From the IMG/VR virus record IMGVR_UViG_3300014208_000025, positions 180,967-244,966 of that record: 64,000 bases of DNA; one strand, 5' to 3'. Below the pieces are notes generated by a model that saw nothing but the letters and a program-made list of their open reading frames with translations, was not told the DNA's origin and did not search any database. This DNA is from a virus. Taxonomy: Duplodnaviria > Heunggongvirae > Uroviricota > Caudoviricetes. Position numbers and translations under genes: made by a program. Shown piece after piece: positions 59,948-64,000 of the stretch. The first letter of the stretch is position 1, and every line of letters starts with the position of its first letter.

Positions 59948-60463
59948 TTACATTTTCCAATCTGTACACAATTTTATTTCTTCATCTGTTAATGTTATAA
60001 ATTGTTGAGCTTGTGGTTCATAAAACAATAATTTGTTGTGTCCATCATCATTAACAATAAAAAAAATAATAGAATGTCTGACAAGTTGAGTGAAATAAGA
60101 AAATTGTCCTATTGCTAAAGATGTTGACCCCGGTTCATCTTTGAACAAAATATGACCACATGTTATGGCATATTGGGAGTATTTGTTACAGTTATTCTTA
60201 CCATCTTTGTAAGTATTCAAACTGTATTTGAATAGAAAATTCTTGTAAAAATCAGTAAATTTATTTTCCACCCATCCTTTAGACGGAATCCCATACGAAA
60301 AATCAGAAATATCCGAATAAAGAATAGCTTTTATATGATTGGTATTTACAATAAAATTCTTTACTTGAGTATCATCCATTTCAGCAAAGGTATAGTTTTG
60401 TTTTGGAGAACATCCTGATACTAAAATCAGAACTAACAATATGGATGAGAAAAATAATTTCAT
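59948..60463 (-). CDS. Lipoprotein with papain/transglutaminase-like motifs (171 aa)
   Basis: Lipobox LVSG-C; NNCNKYS...HSIIF...YEPQ. Confidence 0.55.
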   Translation of the reverse strand: MKLFFSSILLVLILVSGCSPKQNYTFAEMDDTQVKNFIVNTNHIKAILYSDISDFSYGIPSKGWVENKFTDFYKNFLFKYSLNTYKDGKNNCNKYSQYAITCGHILFKDEPGSTSLAIGQFSYFTQLVRHSIIFFIVNDDGHNKLLFYEPQAQQFITLTDEEIKLCTDWKM

Positions 60464-60505
60464 ATGAAATACATATCAATTTTTGACTTCTAACAACATA
60501 AAATA

Positions 60506-60532
60506 AACCCCTCACGATTTCTCGGAGGGGTT
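60506..60532 (-). terminator. Intrinsic terminator after the beta-barrel gene
   Basis: AACCCCTC...GAGGGGTT then TATTTT. Confidence 0.7.
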
Positions 60533-60561
60533 AATTTGTAACCTGTTGGGTTTCCCAATTT

Positions 60562-61095
60562 TTAGAAGGTAAATTTCAATCCACCCGCTACTCGTTGTTC
60601 ACCCTTAGACCAATTGAAATCGGAGTTACGAAACTGATATTCCGTAAAAATACCCCAATTCTTATTAAGCCGAACTTCAACGCCCGCCTTGGCGACGTAA
60701 GCCCAATCTTGAACAGTGTTCCAGTTGTACACTCCACCCAACCCGATATAAGGGGCGAAGTTTCTGAACAATGGAACGTTACTCGATAGAGGCAAACGGG
60801 CCAATAGCCCGGCTTGAACTTCCGTAACAGAAGCACCCTTGGTAGAGTAGAACGGAACATTCACTTCCACGCCGATGTTACGGGTGAGGTAGTGATAGAG
60901 GCCGGCAGTCAGATTGAATGAATATTCACTCTGGAATGCAGCCGAAGGGTCAACTGTATAACCGGTGCTCAGGGTTAACCCCGTTTCACCTGCATTAAAC
61001 AATGACGCCTGTTCATTCGTTGCTGCGAATGCCGTTGTAGATAAGATAGTCAAAGCGCAAAATACGCCAGCAATCCATTTTGAGTAGTTTCTCAT
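60562..61095 (-). CDS. Outer-membrane beta-barrel protein (OmpA-TM/Ail-like, 177 aa)
   Basis: Signal peptide; amphipathic beta strands; PYIGLGG; terminal GGLKFTF BAM signal. Confidence 0.8.
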   Translation of the reverse strand: MRNYSKWIAGVFCALTILSTTAFAATNEQASLFNAGETGLTLSTGYTVDPSAAFQSEYSFNLTAGLYHYLTRNIGVEVNVPFYSTKGASVTEVQAGLLARLPLSSNVPLFRNFAPYIGLGGVYNWNTVQDWAYVAKAGVEVRLNKNWGIFTEYQFRNSDFNWSKGEQRVAGGLKFTF

Positions 61096-61402
61096 GTGTT
61101 TTCCTTTGTTTGTTGTTTGTTACCTAACTTTTCCCTATAACCTTTTGACCTAAATAAGTATCTTGAGGATGCTATTTCAGCCAGAAAAGTTTTTAGGTTT
61201 TCCAATGAACCTACACTATAACAGATTAGATTAGTGTAGTCAACTTATTATATTCCTTCATCTTTTAACAATTGGGAATATTTTATGAACAACTCCATAA
61301 TTTCAACAGGAATCTCTCCAATATTTGTTTCCATTACATGTTTTAAGATACGTTGCCTCATTATTCTGTGTGTCGTTATTTCTTCTATTTCTTCAATTGT
61401 TT

Positions 61403-62233
61403 TCATATTTGAAATCCTTTATAGGCATCCAAATCATTTCCAATCACACCGTAAAACTCATTTATTAACTCCACCATTTCCGGAGTAATCCTCTCTTTCA
61501 TCCCAACAATCATGGTTGGAGGAATTGACTTGACACCGTAGAAGGCTTCAGCAATCGACCCAGCAATTGCGGCAATTGTATCAGTATCGCCCTTGGTATA
61601 GACCGCATTACGGATGGCCGATTCATAATCCGTTGACTCCATGAAACAAGTCAATGCCTGTGGAGCCGAAAGGTTACAACGAATGTTTGGCTTTGGATGT
61701 TGACGCCATTGTTCAACGGTTAAATCCAACATGTGACCATATTGTTCTTCCACGTAGGCTTGAATTTGAAGTTTGGTGTTTCCATTGAGGGCCATATGAA
61801 TAGCCGACGTAATTGATAACACTCCACGTCTTGATTCAGGAGAACAATGTGTCATCTTAATACTGTCGTTGGCCATCAATTCAACCATTCTTATATTTGG
61901 ATAAAATAACGCAATCGGACTACAACGCATCATAGCCCCATTGGCATAACTGTTATTAACAGTAATATCCGAACAATTGACCCATTCTTGAAATCCGCTG
62001 CCATAACCACGTCCCGGATACTTCAAGGCCCATTCCTTGTAACGAATATCAAATCGACATTCTCGGTTAACGGGGTGTAACAACGCATCTGCGGTCGCAC
62101 AAGTTAAAACGGTGTCATCGGTAAAACGTGACCACTGTTTTGCGAAGAGTGGAAAATTTCGGTCATCCACCCAATTCAAACGACTGCCTTCATAAGGCGA
62201 GCCAACTATATCACCGATAATAGCACCGACCAT
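61403..62233 (-). CDS. ADP-ribosylglycohydrolase (ARH/DraG family)
   Basis: GAIIGDIVGSPYE, FTDDT, NGAMMR, ITH, GDTDTIAAIAGSIAEA. Confidence 0.92.
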   Translation of the reverse strand: MVGAIIGDIVGSPYEGSRLNWVDDRNFPLFAKQWSRFTDDTVLTCATADALLHPVNRECRFDIRYKEWALKYPGRGYGSGFQEWVNCSDITVNNSYANGAMMRCSPIALFYPNIRMVELMANDSIKMTHCSPESRRGVLSITSAIHMALNGNTKLQIQAYVEEQYGHMLDLTVEQWRQHPKPNIRCNLSAPQALTCFMESTDYESAIRNAVYTKGDTDTIAAIAGSIAEAFYGVKSIPPTMIVGMKERITPEMVELINEFYGVIGNDLDAYKGFQI

Positions 62234-62414
62234 ATAATAAATCTTTCTGTTAAATTTTCTAACGTTTTTCTAACCACAACACTATTTATTGTCATGGGAA
62301 GACATAAAAAGTATAACACAGAAGAAGAACGTCGTCAAGCCAATAGAGACAAATTCATGCGTCACTATTGGAAGAACGTCAAGAAAATTCGTAAACGAAA
62401 TCTTAAACGGTATT

Positions 62415-62981
62415 ATGAAAACAAAAGAACCAATAAAGGTTAACTGTACACATTGTAAAAAGGAATTCGAGCAACCTTCCACATACTATTTCCATAACAA
62501 AAAACATCGTGACAATAGAAATTTTTGTAGTAAAAGTTGTAAATTTAATTTTTTCAGACCAATAACCATGATAAAAGTAAAATGTACCGGGTGTGGCAAG
62601 GAATTTGAAATTAAAAAAGGAAGATACACATCAAGACACAGAGAAATAATGGTGTTCATTATTGTAAAAAATCTTGTTTTCACACACATACTTCCAAACT
62701 TCCATTCGGATATTTTATGGATAAAAGTAAATCTAGTAATAAATGGAAATATGATATAGATATCAATTTTTTAACTGAATTATGGAATAAACAAAAAGGA
62801 ATGTGTCCTTATACTAACATAAAGATGATTCTTCCAAAAAGTAAAAAGGGATTTAGAAAATGTCGGTCAATAGAAAAAGCAAGTTGAGTTTGTTTGCCAA
62901 GGAATAAACTTTGCCAAACACGATTATTCCAAAGAAGAAGTTTTACAATTTGTAAGCAAAATAAGAACCCCCATTTCATAG
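62415..62981 (+). pseudogene. Decayed Zn-finger/HNH homing endonuclease
   Basis: Frameshift near 62640, then LWNKQKGMCPYT..., then EFVCQGINFAKH in a different frame; the expected LDRID...GNV segment is missing. Confidence 0.65.
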
Positions 62982-63215
62982 TGCTTTCTTTTTCAGTCAT
63001 ACTTTCCTTTTACATCCTTCGGCTCGAAGGATTTTCATTCGGTTTTTATTTGCATCCCATTCTTCCACCCACGTAGAAGAAAATTCTGGTCCCGCTTTCA
63101 AGATTGCAGATTGACGGGCATTCAATATCTGAAACTCAACGTCACGTTCGATTTCTTCAAGGGTTTTCATATCAATTCAAATCTATTATACCACACAGTT
63201 AAAAAAAGTCAAATT

Positions 63216-63500
63216 CTATCTACGATAACCTCCACATAACCGACATTCAAATTTGGTGCCAACCGGTATCCAAATATCTTCCGTCATATTTTCCAACTTA
63301 AATCGTTCTTTCCAAGGTTTTCCATAATCGAGATGTGTAGGGTCATGTAAAAATCTTGGATATTTAACCCACTCATGCTGGCATTTTGGAATTCTTCTGT
63401 ATGTCATATCAAAATAAGAACCCCATTTAGGTGTGATACGTTGGAAACTGATCCATTCTGGCATCCATCTTTTTGATAAGACCCAACAAATAAATGTCAT
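63216..63500 (-). CDS. Hypothetical protein (<=94 aa)
   Basis: CQHEW...CRLCG. Confidence 0.45.
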   Translation of the reverse strand: MTFICWVLSKRWMPEWISFQRITPKWGSYFDMTYRRIPKCQHEWVKYPRFLHDPTHLDYGKPWKERFKLENMTEDIWIPVGTKFECRLCGGYRR

Positions 63501-63885
63501 GTTCTGTATCGGTTAATGGACCTTTTTGAATACCATCTTTGATTCTCTCTTCTTGGGTTCGTAACGACGATTGGCGTTTATTACGAACCAACGAACGCAA
63601 ATATTCATACTCGGCCGGCGTGAGGGTCAGTTCATCATTATCAATGGATTCGATGATGATGTCGGTGTATTCAGGAAACAAGATTTCCGCAACTTTCAAA
63701 GCATTCTCTTTAGTGACGGGTGCTCCTTTGATGAATGCGTTCTTGATTCGGTAATATTTATGATTAAAGTTGTGGGAAAACGTCACGCAAAAATTTTGAA
63801 TGATGTGTTCCGTTTGGTTAAAACTAATTGTTTTCATATCTCGTAATCCCATGCTGAGTCTTCCCAAAATTTTTCTTCCAAACAT
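63427..63885 (-). CDS. Hypothetical protein (<=152 aa)
   Basis: ORF track; true start probably MKTISF. Confidence 0.45.
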   Translation of the reverse strand: MFGRKILGRLSMGLRDMKTISFNQTEHIIQNFCVTFSHNFNHKYYRIKNAFIKGAPVTKENALKVAEILFPEYTDIIIESIDNDELTLTPAEYEYLRSLVRNKRQSSLRTQEERIKDGIQKGPLTDTEHDIYLLGLIKKMDARMDQFPTYHT

Positions 63886-64000
63886 CGTTGACGGTAGCCT
63901 TCATGAATCAATGAAAACAAAACCTCTATGTCAACTTCTTTCGGCGTCTTTCCCCACATTACCGAACTTTTAAGTAGTTGATGTATGGCCTCACTGTTTA

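Noticed and set aside
1-64000. CRISPR array
   Set aside because: No regularly spaced direct repeats; the recurring GGATTCGAACC-type strings are tRNA T-arms.
1-64000. Genome-wide TAG or TGA recoding
   Set aside because: Long genes are intact in the standard code and several end in TAG or TGA; only pth2 shows an internal amber.

Overview
64 kb of a large (jumbo/huge) myovirus genome, almost all on the minus strand, standard genetic code, AT-rich. Bases 1-27 kb: virion module with gp6-like wedge, gp25-like protein, gp5-like hub, a 1765-aa protein ending in a Hint domain, three paralogous TASYA/SASWA-repeat fibre proteins (one with LRRs) and a sigma-70-like late sigma factor. Bases 27-32 kb: phoH, an HD hydrolase and small ORFs. 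Bases 32-59.7 kb: an RNA-gene island of about 50 tRNA genes covering all 20 amino acids, about 10 free-standing homing endonucleases, and nadE, pth2, a 2H phosphoesterase, an ArdC-like protein and a stand-alone TyrRS S4 domain. The island also holds many non-canonical RNAs folded by hand: (1) a compact 275-nt RNase P RNA whose specificity domain is reduced to one hairpin; (2) two Arg tRNAs whose D-arm appears moved 3' of the anticodon arm; (3) two tandem 55-nt mini-tRNAs with covarying stems; (4) tRNAs with large D-loop or anticodon-arm insertions; (5) Leu tRNAs without and Asn/Pro tRNAs with a long variable arm; (6) a CUA-anticodon tRNA about 620 nt from a pth2 gene with an in-frame amber at codon 4; (7) a ~950-nt GOLLD-like RNA. 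Bases 59.9-64 kb: lipoprotein, outer-membrane beta-barrel, ADP-ribosylglycohydrolase and a decayed HNH gene. All folds and family calls were made by eye with no database search, so novelty is unverified.
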